A stretch of 64,000 nucleotides of DNA from Eledone cirrhosa. Taxonomy: Eukaryota. The notes under the pieces are model-generated. The model was not told the DNA's origin. It worked only from the letters and a program-made list of their open reading frames with translations, and ran no database searches. Of this stretch, positions 1 to 15,777 are shown piece by piece (positions within the stretch are counted from its first letter, which is position 1; every line of letters starts with the position of its first letter). The translations under genes were made by a program, and so were the position numbers. Location of the stretch: the NCBI GenBank assembly GCA_964016885.1, contig OZ024759.1, positions 33,790,001-33,854,000 of the forward strand, in the 5' to 3' direction.

Positions 1-1017
1 TCTTTCTAGCAGACAGAGTGACCACATAATGGCAGATACTGCTCTCCTTCTTGCAGACAGAGTGACCACATATTACCATTATCGTTTGTAATAGGGTGTT
101 ATGTAATCAGTCGTAGATGTGATGGCAATAGTGAATGTTATGATGGCGGTGGCAGAGGGAAGTAGTACGTAGTGATGATGGTGTTGTTCACGTTGTTGTT
201 GTCGTTGACGGTGATGGTGGTGTTGGTGGTGGTGTTGGCTGTGTTTATAGTGATGGCAATGAAGAGCACTGAACAGAGACAAGCGGAGAAAGGTAGGAGA
301 CGGGGGGAGTGGTGTAAGAGGTTATGCTAAAGGGCGACCGTGTGTTCCAAGGAAGAAACTGTGATTATAGTGTTGATGATGATGATGATTCTACTTTTAA
401 GACGGAAATGTAGTAGTAGTGGTGGTGGCGGTGGCGGTGGTGTAGGCATTAGTTGCGGTGGTGGTGGTGGTCTGGGCAGGTGTAGTGGTTTTAGTGGTGG
501 TGGTGGTGGGTAGTAGTGCTTTTGGTGGTGGTGGGGTGGATAATAGTGATTTTGGTAGTGGTTGTGTGGGCAGTAATGATTTTGGTAGTGGTAGTGGTGG
601 GAGGTAGTGGTGGGTAGTAGTGGTTTCTGTGGTGGTGGTGGTTTGGTTTTGGTGGTCATCGTGGGAGTAGCAGTAGTAGTGGTATTGCAGGTGGTTGTTG
701 TATGTTTAGAGCGGCGTGGTGCCGGGTAGCGAGTGCGTCGGTAGAGCAGGTACGTTATGGACGTGGTAGTGGTGTAAAAACTTCTGGTTACACGAACGAA
801 GAAAGTTTACAAATTCTCGTAAAATCTCACGCCGTCGATGTTTTCCGTTGTAATTGTTCCCATAATGGCGGCCAACTGACAAAGTAGCCAGCTTACGGGT
901 CAGTTCATTATTTCATTTGAGGTCATATCCACTGATTCACTGACCGTCTTCGGTTAAATATAATCTCCAAGAAGCCCAAACCTCATTCTCTACATCACTT
1001 GTTCTCTCGCCTTCATA

Positions 1018-1103
<86 letters not shown>

Positions 1104-1420
1104 ATCTATCTATATATCTCTCTTTCTCTCTCACCCCCATAGTCCCTCTCTCTCATGCTCTTTCACTTAGTATCACTGCATTGTTATCTATCTTCTTTCT
1201 TTCAATACCCTATCTCTATATATATTCCCCATTCTCTCCAGCTATCTCCCTCTCGGTCTTTCTCAATCTCTGCATTTTCTCTCATCCTGTAACTTACAAA
1301 CGCACAGATATGCCCACATATGTTACATACATACCTACCTACATACATACACCCACACATACATAGACGGCTTCTTACATTAAAACACACATATGCCTAC
1401 ATGTCTCTCTATATCTGTCT

Positions 1421-1456
<36 letters not shown>

Positions 1457-1508
1457 GATAAAGTATGATCTCGACGGCAGAGCTCAAGCCGTTTCGACGG
1501 CTATTTCT

Positions 1509-2157
<649 letters not shown>

Positions 2158-2245
2158 AGTAAAAGGTAAACAGAAATAACAACACAATCGGTACAGTATA
2201 TGGGAGGGATATATTAGGGTAACGCTTGATATAGCAGGAAGAGGG

Positions 2246-2281
2246 TCTTAACGTTTCGGACGGGAGTCCATCATCAGAAGA
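2246..2281 (-). ncRNA. Minimal type I hammerhead ribozyme in a short (about 160 bp) insert between (TA)n tracts
   Basis: Reverse complement reads TCTT-CTGATGA-T-GGAC-TCCC-GTCC-GAAA-CG-TT-AAGA: stem I TCTT/AAGA, stem II GGAC/GTCC, palindromic ACGT stem III. Confidence 0.75.
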
Positions 2282-2317
2282 AAGAATCAGAAATAAGATA
2301 GGTTGAGGGGACGGGCG

Positions 2318-2477
<160 letters not shown>

Positions 2478-2521
2478 GTATATATATATATAAATATATA
2501 TACATATATATATATACATAT

Positions 2522-2788
2522 ATCCCAAAGGTCAGCTCAAAAGTGACACAGAGGAGACTGAGGTTAGCTGGACATGCTCACCGACATCTAGAGTTGACAT
2601 TGCACTCAGTGCTCCTGTGGGAGCCCCTACATGGACACACTAGAAGTGGAAGACCAAGGTTAACGTATGTTGATCCCCTAAGGGCAGACACTGGTCTGTT
2701 GGAGACGCAGGACATGGCAGTGATAATGAGGGACTGAGACCGCTGGAGAGAACTCTTCCATGGATCTCGGGAATTTTACCCGCCTTAG
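2522..2788 (+). mobile_element. 5'-truncated RTE-clade non-LTR retrotransposon (ORF C-terminus) in (TA)n
   Basis: Translation [12 protein letters not shown]...[19 protein letters not shown]...MRD*DRW matches the RTE C-terminal pattern (RRLRxxGHxxR...GRP...DRxxW). One premature stop. Confidence 0.8.
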
Positions 2789-2832
2789 ATATATATATAT
2801 ATATACATATATATACATATACATATATATAT

Positions 2833-2940
<108 letters not shown>

Positions 2941-3749
2941 TTATTTATTTACATATACACACAATTCCAAAGCTGTAAATTTACTCCCGAACCAAAAGTT
3001 TGACCAGCGAAGACTGTATATGATGCCCTGCTGTGAGTTCGAAACCTGGACCTTGGGGCAAAGGGGCCAAATCTCTTGATTATTTGATCATTCTATATCT
3101 ACATTCTCTGATAATGTATCATTGATGTTGCTAATAAAGTGAACATTAATTAACCAATTAGTAAAACTCGTTTCGGTCAACTTATTTAAAAGGTTTATAT
3201 CACTTCATCAATGACGTCACCATAATTTTCATCATCATCATTAGCAGTAGCAGCAAGAGTTTAATCTTCATGACGTCCATCAGCCATCACCATCACTACC
3301 ATCTTCCTTATAATCTTCATCCTCATTATCGTCTTTATATTCATCATCTTCTTCAACCTCAATTTCTGAGTAACTCATACATCTGCACCATCCTTCTCTA
3401 CCAGTCCCCCCCCCCATCATCATTACTTCTCTCATTATCAGTCTCATCATCCACCCCGTCGCCAAGACGACCACCAACACAACCACTACTCATACCCTCC
3501 TCCTACTCCTTCTCTTCCTAATCACCGTCATCAATATAAGCATCACTATCATCATCAACACGACCATCAACACAATCTCATCATCACCATCTTCACCTAT
3601 CGTCGAAGTCTTGATCACTTCTGCCACCACCCAACCTCCAATTTGAGGTCCATTTTATCGCCACACATTTGGCTTCTGATTAATTAAAATGAAGTAACAT
3701 AAAGACATACTCCGATAGATATCTCTACGTTAGACAACTGCTATCTCCT

Positions 3750-4950
3750 CCATGTGGACATATTTCATGTCGTTTGCTTCAAAATCCTTAGACCCCCGGG
3801 TTCCAACGCACAGCGAGGCATCTGAGACGAGTATAATTTCCAATAAGCTTGGGTCACCCAGGCCTTACGAGAGACATATGTTAAACAGAAACCATAGTAA
3901 GCCCGTTAGTTTGGATGTATCTGTAATACACCTGGTCAGCCGTTTCACACAAGATGCTATACTGACATGCAAGACAAATAAAATAAAATTAAGTGGCCCA
4001 CCTGACCGTGAAATGCTCAACTACTAACACGTTATTTTCAAAAGCAGACATTTCCGTTGAAATGGAACAAATGATTGAACACTCATCGTCGAAATTGATG
4101 GAGATCCAATCCATACAAATTAATTCACTTCAATGTCATTCCATTCCCCCCTACTCTATTCCTCGAACATATTTTCATGGAAGTTGACGCAGATATGCTC
4201 GATTAGATGACATTGTTGTCAGAATGTCCTTCTACTGAGATGATATTCAGTCGACAGGTGATGAGGCACATCACTGGTAGCGTTAGCTGTGTAGAATTAA
4301 TTAGTTGCTTTGCTAATTAGCTGCTTAGCTAATTCATTATACAATTATTCATTTATGCATGTCTGTTTAAATACATAAATTGGAACCCTTTCATCGGATT
4401 TCTTATAACGTCGATCATACTCGTAACGAGTCATTAGACTAATAGGTGAAATTAGTTGTATCAATCTTCCCAAACTAAGTTTTGAAAACGGACTGTTTCA
4501 CTGTTCAACGCCGTCTGTAGCCATCATCTGAGATACAAATCGAAATCTTCTTAGTAATGGTATCATAAATTCCATGCAATCGGAAATTGCAGAAAGGTCT
4601 ATAAATTACTGTTTTTGTCATAAGCATTTTGTCAGTGAATAGAATTAAGGAAACAGTACGTTTCAACTCCATGTTATCTGGAAATTGTGATGGATGGATC
4701 AGTGACAACGCACTTTGATCGTAGTATATGGATGATCTGAGCTGACTTGAGCCGAACAAGAGGAGAAAGTACAACATATTTGATAATATGCATATGTTAT
4801 AAGAGTTCTCACTGTGAAATCATATGACAAATAGGCAGTTGTTGGAGTTCTCAATATAACAGATTTATTATAGTGGAAGAAAGTAAAATAAGATTGAGTG
4901 GCAGGCATGCCTCTCCCATGAGAATCAGGAATGGAAATCAAGCATTAACA
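3750..4950 (-). mobile_element. Possible decayed CR1/L2/Jockey-group LINE RT fragment
   Basis: QFPDNM...YRPFCNF resembles FPxxWK...NYRPISL, and downstream RLRCLAVRWNP resembles LEYxxxVWxP. Very degenerate. Confidence 0.3.
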
Positions 4951-5403
4951 AGAAAAGATATCGTCAACGGGAATTATTAGAAGACAGACAAATATTTATC
5001 TATAATTGTATATATATATATGTGTGTGTGTGGGTGTGGGGTGTGGGTGTGGGTGTGCGTGGGTGTGTGTGTGTGGGTGTGTGTGTGTGTGTGTATGTGT
5101 ATGTGTGTGGGTGTGTGTGTGTGTGTATGTGTGTGTGTGCGTGTGCGAGTGAGTGCGTGGTGTAGATGGAAACATATATATGCATATACATGTACAAGTG
5201 TGTGAGTATATATAAATATATATAAATATACACATATATATATATATATATACATGTTTGTATGTATATATATACATATATTCATATGAATATGTATGTA
5301 TACATATATATATATATATGTATATATGTATACATATATATATATACATACATATGTATATATATATATATGAATATGTATGTATACATATAAATACACA
5401 GAC

Positions 5404-5450
<47 letters not shown>

Positions 5451-5705
5451 TATCAGTTACAGGGGAGGGTGAGACATATGGCAGAGAACAATGGAATCAA
5501 GGTCATAGATATTCATCTTGCCAGGAAACTGGTTTCTTACAACATAAAACCTGAAGACTTCAATATATATTGCTGGCAGGAATATAAATAGAAGCCCTGC
5601 TATTTCTAATGACATTGTGTTGTTGTTACTCTTGGAACTCTTGTTTTTCTTATGATCATGTGTGTTTATTGCGATTGTTGCAGTTGTTATTATTGTTCTT
5701 AATGC

Positions 5706-5765
<60 letters not shown>

Positions 5766-5869
5766 ATTTGGTGAGGCAGTTGGTGCTGTTGTTGTTTCTG
5801 ATGTTGGTGGTGAGGGAGGCAATGGGAAGTAAGGAGAAAATGTAAGGCATTGATTCATGGAGTTATATA

Positions 5870-6530
<661 letters not shown>

Positions 6531-7035
6531 ATATAGTGTGTATGTGTGTGTGCATGTATGTATGTATATATACATATATAGGAAGGGTGAAAGAGAGTGC
6601 ATTGAGATATGGGGAATGAAACATACTACAAGATTTAAGACTTTCATGAAATACATATTTCAAACAATGATGAGTTGTAGAGATCACGTGTGCACTACCA
6701 CGTGCATAATTACTTACATCATGGATACATACATGTATGTACACACAATACCTTATATATATATATATATATATAGATATAGATATATAGATAGATAGAT
6801 AGATATATAGATATATATATACACATAAGCACCTATATACTTGCCTACTCATCCATATTCATATATTTCCATATATAAAAATGAATGTAAACACTATCAA
6901 ACTACATATGTATATACTAACAAATATGTGTGTACATGTATATATACACCTGCATGCATGCATATAGAAATATGCATATATATATACATATATAGATAGG
7001 TGCATATATACTTACACACTCACACACACCCATAA

Positions 7036-7126
<91 letters not shown>

Positions 7127-7712
7127 TATATATATATACTTTTATACTTATACATATATATAAAAATACATATCTCTCTATATATATATATCATCTATAT
7201 ACTAATATAAAAAGCAAACAACATATAAAACAACATTTATACATGAAATGAAAAAAAGAAAATGGTGGATGGTTGAAATCTGAATCGGCTATTCTACAAC
7301 ACCAATATGTCTGTTCTTTTTGAATGGTTGACCTCGCTCGGTCAGCACTATGGAAGCATGCCAACAAGTTGTCATGGGAAGATGAATGAAGAATGTATCA
7401 ATTGGAGAAAACCTATTTATATGTCTTTCCTGATACAACCTTCCAACAAACGCTGAATGAATAAAGCCAAGTTTAGCGGTGTCAAAATTTTTGGCAATTT
7501 ATACAAGATATAAAACATAAACGGAATCTATTGCTATTGCGTGGAATAATTTGCATGTCTGTTATGATAAATTCTTAATGATCTTATTATTATATTCTTC
7601 GGCTTTTTATATATATATATTTTGTTTGCAAATTGTATAATGAAATTGTCTTAGGATATTGGTATCGATGTTCGATAAAATATGAGGAGATAATTCACAC
7701 ACGCACGCACAC

Positions 7713-7785
<73 letters not shown>

Positions 7786-7843
7786 CATATTTAATATACT
7801 TAGGTATATAAATACTTACAAATGTCTATACAGACACACATGC

Positions 7844-7877
<34 letters not shown>

Positions 7878-7959
7878 GATTTCTTTCGAATGAAACATTC
7901 CTAGTCCCGTAGGAGCCATTTCTATATTAAATACGTATATATATATATATATATATATA

Positions 7960-8038
<79 letters not shown>

Positions 8039-8254
8039 TTATATATATATATATATGGTATACATATAATAATAACGTAATGTACTTAAGTATATATACT
8101 TAAAACTATGTCTATATGGATATACATTATGTGTGTGTATATATATATATATATTCTTGGTATGGTGAACTAACTGTTGGGTAACCACTTTTACCTAACT
8201 CGTCCCTTGGACTGAGTGCTCTACCACTACGGATATTACCTTCCAGCGTTCCAC

Positions 8255-8393
<139 letters not shown>

Positions 8394-8991
8394 TATATAT
8401 GTCTCTGTATGTCTGTCTGTATGTATGTTGATATGTGTGATTATATGCTTAAATATACAGAGAGAGAAAGAGAGGGATTAGTAAGAAAGATAGGGTGTCA
8501 AATCTAAGAGAATAGAGATTTGTTTATTTTTCCCTTTCTTTTCATTTGTTGTTTAGTGGCAGATATTCTAAATCTTCACTCATTTTTATGTCGAAATAAA
8601 ATGGACGAAAGATATAGGCGCCAAATGTCAAAACATTGTTGAAACTATTGTTATATTGCTTTCAATATTCTGTTTAGTACATAAAGAAACTTGATTGACA
8701 GAATTTGGCAGAAAGATAGACACCCTGACTTCTTCTATTTTGTACCTATATGGTTTCACATGATCCTAAGAACTACTTCGGCGTCAATTTATTCAGAATC
8801 TATTCATAATCTTTAAATGGTGGACTGTTTGATGAAGAGATGACTGAGTTCTTAAGGAGATCTCTGTGTTATCGTAACGTCACGAGTTCGATTGTAATGT
8901 CAGCCATCTTGGCCAACTTTCTTTTTCATGAAATCGGATGGATCGATTCAAATATTGTGGTTGAAACTGAGAGACCGTATCCTCATATATA

Positions 8992-9127
8992 TAAGGAACC
9001 AGATGGATCATAACGCACCGTATGACTCAATACTTAGGGTAGTCGAGTGGGTAATTAGGAAATGACCCCGACGGCACAAATAGCCGTCGAAACAGCTTGA
9101 GCTCTGCTGTCGCGTTAAACATTTCCC
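8992..9127. mobile_element. Family A copy with internal inversion
   Basis: Reverse-oriented tail AAGGAACCAGATGG...GACCCCGACGGCA is joined to AAATAGCCGTCGAAACAGCTTGAGCTCTGCTGTCG. Confidence 0.75.
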
Positions 9128-9130
9128 TAT

Positions 9131-9195
<65 letters not shown>

Positions 9196-9204
9196 TATTT
9201 ATAT

Positions 9205-9247
<43 letters not shown>

Positions 9248-9574
9248 GATATATATATATATATATATATATGGTGGGGAGGTGGGTGTCCATGTGTGTG
9301 TATGTGTATTTATTCATTTCTCTTTACTTCACTGTTTTTAATCAGTTAGCAAACATCATCATTATCATGAACATGATCATAATAGTCGCCATCGACATCA
9401 TCATCATCATCGCCATTATCATCGTCTTCACCAACCTCAATATTATCTTCATCACTGTCGGCTTCATCATCATCATAGACATAATTATCGTCGTCATTAT
9501 CTTATTTTATTTTAATATATTATTTTATTGTATTTTTTGCGGTGTAGAAAATCATCAACACTATCATGCAGATT

Positions 9575-10443
9575 AAACAACATCTACAACAACAACACCA
9601 AAAGCACCAACAACAACAACACAATATTATCATCATCATCATCATCATCAGCACCATTACCAACACCAACAATATCAACATCAACACTAACAACATCAAC
9701 ACCGAAACCACCACCCACACCAACATCACCACCAACAGCAACAACACCACCAACACCACCAACACCAACTACACCAACTACACCAACAAACGACACCAAC
9801 ACCACCACCAACAACACCACCAACAATTCCAACACCAACAACACCATCACCAACACCAACACGACCACCAACAACACCAACAACACCAACACCACACCAA
9901 CACCACCACCACCAACAACACCACCACCAACACCAACAACACCAACAACACCAACAACACCAAACCACCCACACCACCAACAACAACACAACACCAACAA
10001 CACCACCATCAACACCAACACCACCCACAACACCACATCAACAACACCACACCAACACCACCAACAACACCAACACCACCCACACCACCAACAACAACAC
10101 CACACCAACAACACCACCATCAACACCAACACCACCCACAAAACCACATCAACAACACCACACCAACACCACCAACAACACCAACACCACCCACACCACC
10201 AACAACAACACAACACCAACAACACCACCATCAACACCAACACCAGCCACAAAACCACATCAACAACACCACACCAACACCACCAACAACACCAACACCA
10301 CCCACACCACCAACAACAACACTAACACCAACAACACCACCAACAACACCAACACCACCCACACTACCAACAACAACACTAACACCAACAACACCACCAC
10401 AACACCAACAGCACCCACACCACCAACAACAACACCAACACAA
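9575..10443. repeat. Compound (CAA/CAC)n repeat with a ~111-bp higher-order unit (about 3 copies, 9965-10320)
   Basis: CCACCCACACCACCAACAACAACAC recurs at about 111-bp spacing. Confidence 0.9.
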
Positions 10444-11560
10444 TACTGTTCGTTAAATTGAAGTTGGAACTATCATCAATGTATTATGGCGTCACTTCAG
10501 GCTGAGTTTTAAAAAAATAAATGTAAGTCTTTACGTCTATATCTTCCTTTCTTCTACAGAAATCTCCAGAAATCTGACGACCACTAAAGTTGGTAATCAA
10601 ATTAGAAATCTAATTAGTATTATAATGTAATTACTTTTGATGTCATGAAGTGAACGATATTATATTTTTATTGTCTTTTAACTTTTGTTTTCATTATTAT
10701 AATTACTTTCTTTTTCTTTCATATCTTCCCTCTACTTATTATTTGTTTTCTATTTGTTCGCCTTTATCTTTCGATATTTTTATATAATTATATTTTGTTT
10801 GTATTTTAAAGGACACCTTTTTTTATTGGTATCCGTTTATTTGTTGGGTTTCGTTTGTTTTTCTTTATTATTGTCTTTGGATGCACTTAGGCTCTCAGGC
10901 ATCCAGAAGACGTCACTACTTTTAACATCTGATTTTTTTTTTCTCCTAATTTCAATGTTTTCTTTTAGTTTAATCTAAAAAAAAAGACACACACACACAC
11001 ACACACACACAATCACCCCCTAAAAAACTGCCATTCACGTTATGCAAGAGATTGCACGACAACAATGATTTCTTAAGTGATAAGTTTTCCATTTATTAAA
11101 GAAACAAAACCGAAAAACAAAGCATAAATGATACAAATATACATAAGCAATTGTTGCACGAAGAAATGAATAAATAATATATATATATATATATAATGGC
11201 AAAGGAGCGATAAATGATATTTTTGACAGATAATGTTCAAGATGGCAACAGCAAAACTGTGAGGCGTTTTACCATTAGCGTTGCATAATTCATAATGCCG
11301 CATATAAAACTGCTTAGATAGCGGAATGCAAAAGAAGTATTGAATAACTAGGCTTTGAGTTAGTGTTACATAGAAGAAAGTGTAACAGAAAACTACGCAT
11401 AGATGCATATTTCTATAGGGTAATTATATTTGTTTTCATGCTAGCTTTCTTAAAGTAAATACATGCCTTATTTGTGCTATAGTAATGAAGATCTTTGCGA
11501 CAACGTGTACTTATCATCACTTCAAAATTCTGTATTTTTAAAGTATCTTAATATAAAATA

Positions 11561-11640
<80 letters not shown>

Positions 11641-11675
11641 GGTGTGTGTGTATATATATATACACACACTTATGT

Positions 11676-11733
<58 letters not shown>

Positions 11734-11802
11734 TGTGTATGTGTGTGTATATAAATATATATATATATACACACCCTTATATTATATGTATACATATATA
11801 CA

Positions 11803-11837
<35 letters not shown>

Positions 11838-12679
11838 TATATATATATATATATCGGGACAAATTCACTCCATGGTCCTGCGCACTAATTTACTTCCGGT
11901 TTGGTCCTGGTTCTTTCACGACATTCTGAGATATTTTACGATATTTTACGTCTTTTCTCTCTCACTTTATCTTTTGCCATTTTTCTCTTTTCTTTTTTTT
12001 TTTGGTAAATTTCTTTATTTCCATCATTAAAATGTCAGTTCAATGACATTTATTACCATAGATACACCGATTGTTGTCTCATATATGGAAAACTATATCT
12101 ATTATGCTTGGTTGATATTTGCTTGGAATAGATGCAGTAATAAACTACATTGCAAGAGATCTAATAAGAATCAGTGAATGAACATTCACATGTTCGTGAA
12201 AACTGTTTATATTAAGAAAATGAAATATATTAACATATATTCAAAGCATAGTTTCTGATACATAGAAACAAAATATGCATTAAGCCTGGTTGATATTCAT
12301 TTCAATATACGGAATAATATGGTATATTTCTCAAGATCTATCATATTCTTGTTCACATAAAATGGAGAAAAATCAAACAGAAATCTTACAAAGAATTGAT
12401 ATAGTTTAAAATGTCGAACTTGCAAACAACAAGGTAAAGCAATAGGGATTCGTGTCGATCTTTACTGCTGTTTTAAGTATGATGTGTTACATCAAATCAA
12501 TATACAGTATGGTAAGAAAATACATATATATATAACAGATATATACAGCTATATGTTAACCACATCAACCACCTTGTTTGCATGCAAATTCGTGCACATA
12601 TATATAAACGATAAGCGTGTGTGTGAGACAGACAGAAGGAGAGTGAGAGAGATACTGAAAGAAAGAATATAGAGATACC

Positions 12680-12769
<90 letters not shown>

Positions 12770-12934
12770 TTGGGGTGATAGTGAGGGACAGATAGAAACA
12801 ATGCTTCACATATATTGTGCTATCAATCTACTCGCATTATTCAAGTGCCACAGTTGTCCACGGTCTGGTAAATCCTAATACAGATACAATCATATAATCG
12901 ATGTTATATATTTATATATATACATATATACATA

Positions 12935-13001
<67 letters not shown>

Positions 13002-13003
<2 letters not shown>

Positions 13004-13315
13004 AAGTCGGGTAAAATTCCCGAGATCCATGGACGAGTTCTCTCCAGCGGTCTCTGTCCCTCATTATCGCTGCCATATCCTGCATCTCCAACAGACCAGT
13101 GTCTGTCCTTAGGGCATCAACATATGTTAACCTTGGTCTTCCCCTTCTAGTGTGTCCATGTAGGGGCTCCCAAAGGATGGCTCTGAACATTAATCAGTAT
13201 ACACTGAGGATGAAAAACTCAGATCTGTATGGGAGCATCCCAAAAGTCAGCTCAAAAGTGACACAGAGGAGACTGAGGTTGGCTGGACATGCTCACCGAC
13301 ATCCAGAGTTGGCAT
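13002..13315 (-). mobile_element. Same RTE family, 5'-inverted copy
   Basis: 13002-13175 (-) encodes WEPLHGH...REFYPT*. 13175-13315 (+) encodes the upstream part RMALNIN...[16 protein letters not shown]. Confidence 0.8.
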
Positions 13316-13554
13316 TTATATATATATATATACATATATACATATATTTATATATATATTACAATCTTTTCCTGGGTCCGGTATTTTCGTTGCTCTAGTG
13401 ATGCGGCTGGACTACCGACCGTTATATCTGCTAAGCTGTCTGAACGTAATGTTATTACTCTGGGGTCCTTCCTCATCCGAGTGCTAAAGCTACAGACCGA
13501 TTATGCATTCGTTAGCTTGGCCGTGTTCTAAGGCTTTGTTAATGGTGTACTAAA

Positions 13555-13594
<40 letters not shown>

Positions 13595-13634
13595 TTTAGT
13601 ACAGCATTAACGAAGCCTTAGAACACGGCCAAGC

Positions 13635-13673
<39 letters not shown>

Positions 13674-13686
13674 TGATATATACATA

Positions 13687-13788
<102 letters not shown>

Positions 13789-13813
13789 GAGGTATATTTA
13801 TATATAGAGAGAG

Positions 13814-13852
<39 letters not shown>

Positions 13853-14640
13853 GGGGGGAGAGAGAGATACGTGTGTGTCTATGTATGTTTGTGTGTGTGT
13901 GTTAAACGATCAATAGATAGCACCAGTCGTAGCTGCTATTATGTTCATTTATCTATGACATTAGATATGTTGTGATAATTATGTAACTTTCTATATGCCA
14001 GATATATTATGTCATTCTCTATGAATCATAATTACACGAATGTTTTGACGTATAAAACGAATTAAAGAAAAAAAAATATTTGTCTCTTTTTTTCTCTCCT
14101 TCTCTGTGTCCCTCTCCTTCATCATCTCATTCTCGTTTTCTCTATCACTCTCTCTCCCTCTATGTGGATGTATGTATGCATGGATGTATGTACTTCATTT
14201 TTTCCTCTTTCTTCCTCTCTCTTCATTATTTTTTCTTTTCTTACCCTCGTGGCCTTTTGATCGATAAATGGCCTTGGGCGCCCTGCTGAGCGCGTTCGAT
14301 GTCCTGTTTTAAGCGCCGAAACATCTATGATCTGCAGTTAACAGCTGATGAAGGGGTTCTCTCAGTTGTTTCGTCCACATTACCAACTTAAATATTGTTT
14401 ACAGTAACCACACAATCATCTTCGCTTTTTGTACTTTTATATATATATATATATGTGCGCGCGTGTGTTTGTGTGTTTGAATTTGTTTTGCAAGACGTCT
14501 CGTCTGAAAACGTGTGTTGAAAGAGATATTGATATGCTTTGGGACGGTGATGCTGCAAATAAAAACACGCGCTCCTGTTGGTTTTTACTTGATTTTACTA
14601 TAACTTTCCGGTTGGTTGGTTCAACAAGCGGAGGGTTGCT

Positions 14641-14704
<64 letters not shown>

Positions 14705-14763
14705 TCTATCCATATGTATATCTTCATCTAAACATCAATTTATTTCTACCTACACAGAGAGAG

Positions 14764-14857
<94 letters not shown>

Positions 14858-15287
14858 AGAGACACAAAGGGTTTTTCAGTGTATTGGTGGCGGAACGAAC
14901 TGCTTTTCTCAGCCATTCCCTATTTTGTGTATACGTATGATGTGTTTGGCAAGACAATATTTTGTCAATGCTAGAGTCATATCTCATTTGAGAATATACA
15001 GTCACATTTCTCTATATTCATATTGAACCTTGAGCGAAGTTTCAATTTTTCTTATTTCCACCTGTTGTATTTTCCTCACATTTCGTACAGGCATCTTTAG
15101 ATACACACACTTCCTTAGCTTTTTTATCTTTAATATTCATCTATTATGTATATGTAGACACAGGCACAGCAGGACAGGCACACAGGTGGGTATACAGGCA
15201 GGCTGTCACAGACACACAGTTAGATAAACAAAAATACACACATACGAACACACCCACATACATATATACACACACACACACACACAC

Positions 15288-15353
<66 letters not shown>

Positions 15354-15449
15354 ATATATATAGTGGGAGAAAGAGAGACAGAGAAAGGGGTATGAATCAT
15401 AGTGTTTGTGCGTCTGTGTTATGAATGACTATATATATATATAGTCATT

Positions 15450-15507
<58 letters not shown>

Positions 15508-15777
15508 CTATGTATATTTACCAAAAGTGTATCGCCAAAAGTCGACGCATTTACTCTTTATTAATATTCTATTAACTATTTGTCCTTATAGCATTTCAGA
15601 TCAAACTGTATTTATATATTCATTTGTCATTTCCTTTCTAGTTGCTGCTGTTGTTGTTGCTGTCGTCCCTGTTGTTGTTGTAATTATAAATGTTGTTGTC
15701 GTGCCTAGCGTTACTAATGTTGAAGTAGAATATATTTTTGTCGATGTTGTCGTCGTTTTCATTCTTGTTGTTGTAGC

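Noticed and set aside
702-887. 61-aa plus-strand ORF
   Set aside because: Short, with no recognisable domain and no supporting splice structure.
9528-10456. Pro/Thr- and Gln/His-rich ORFs
   Set aside because: A (CAA/CAC)n compound repeat that is open in several frames by composition.
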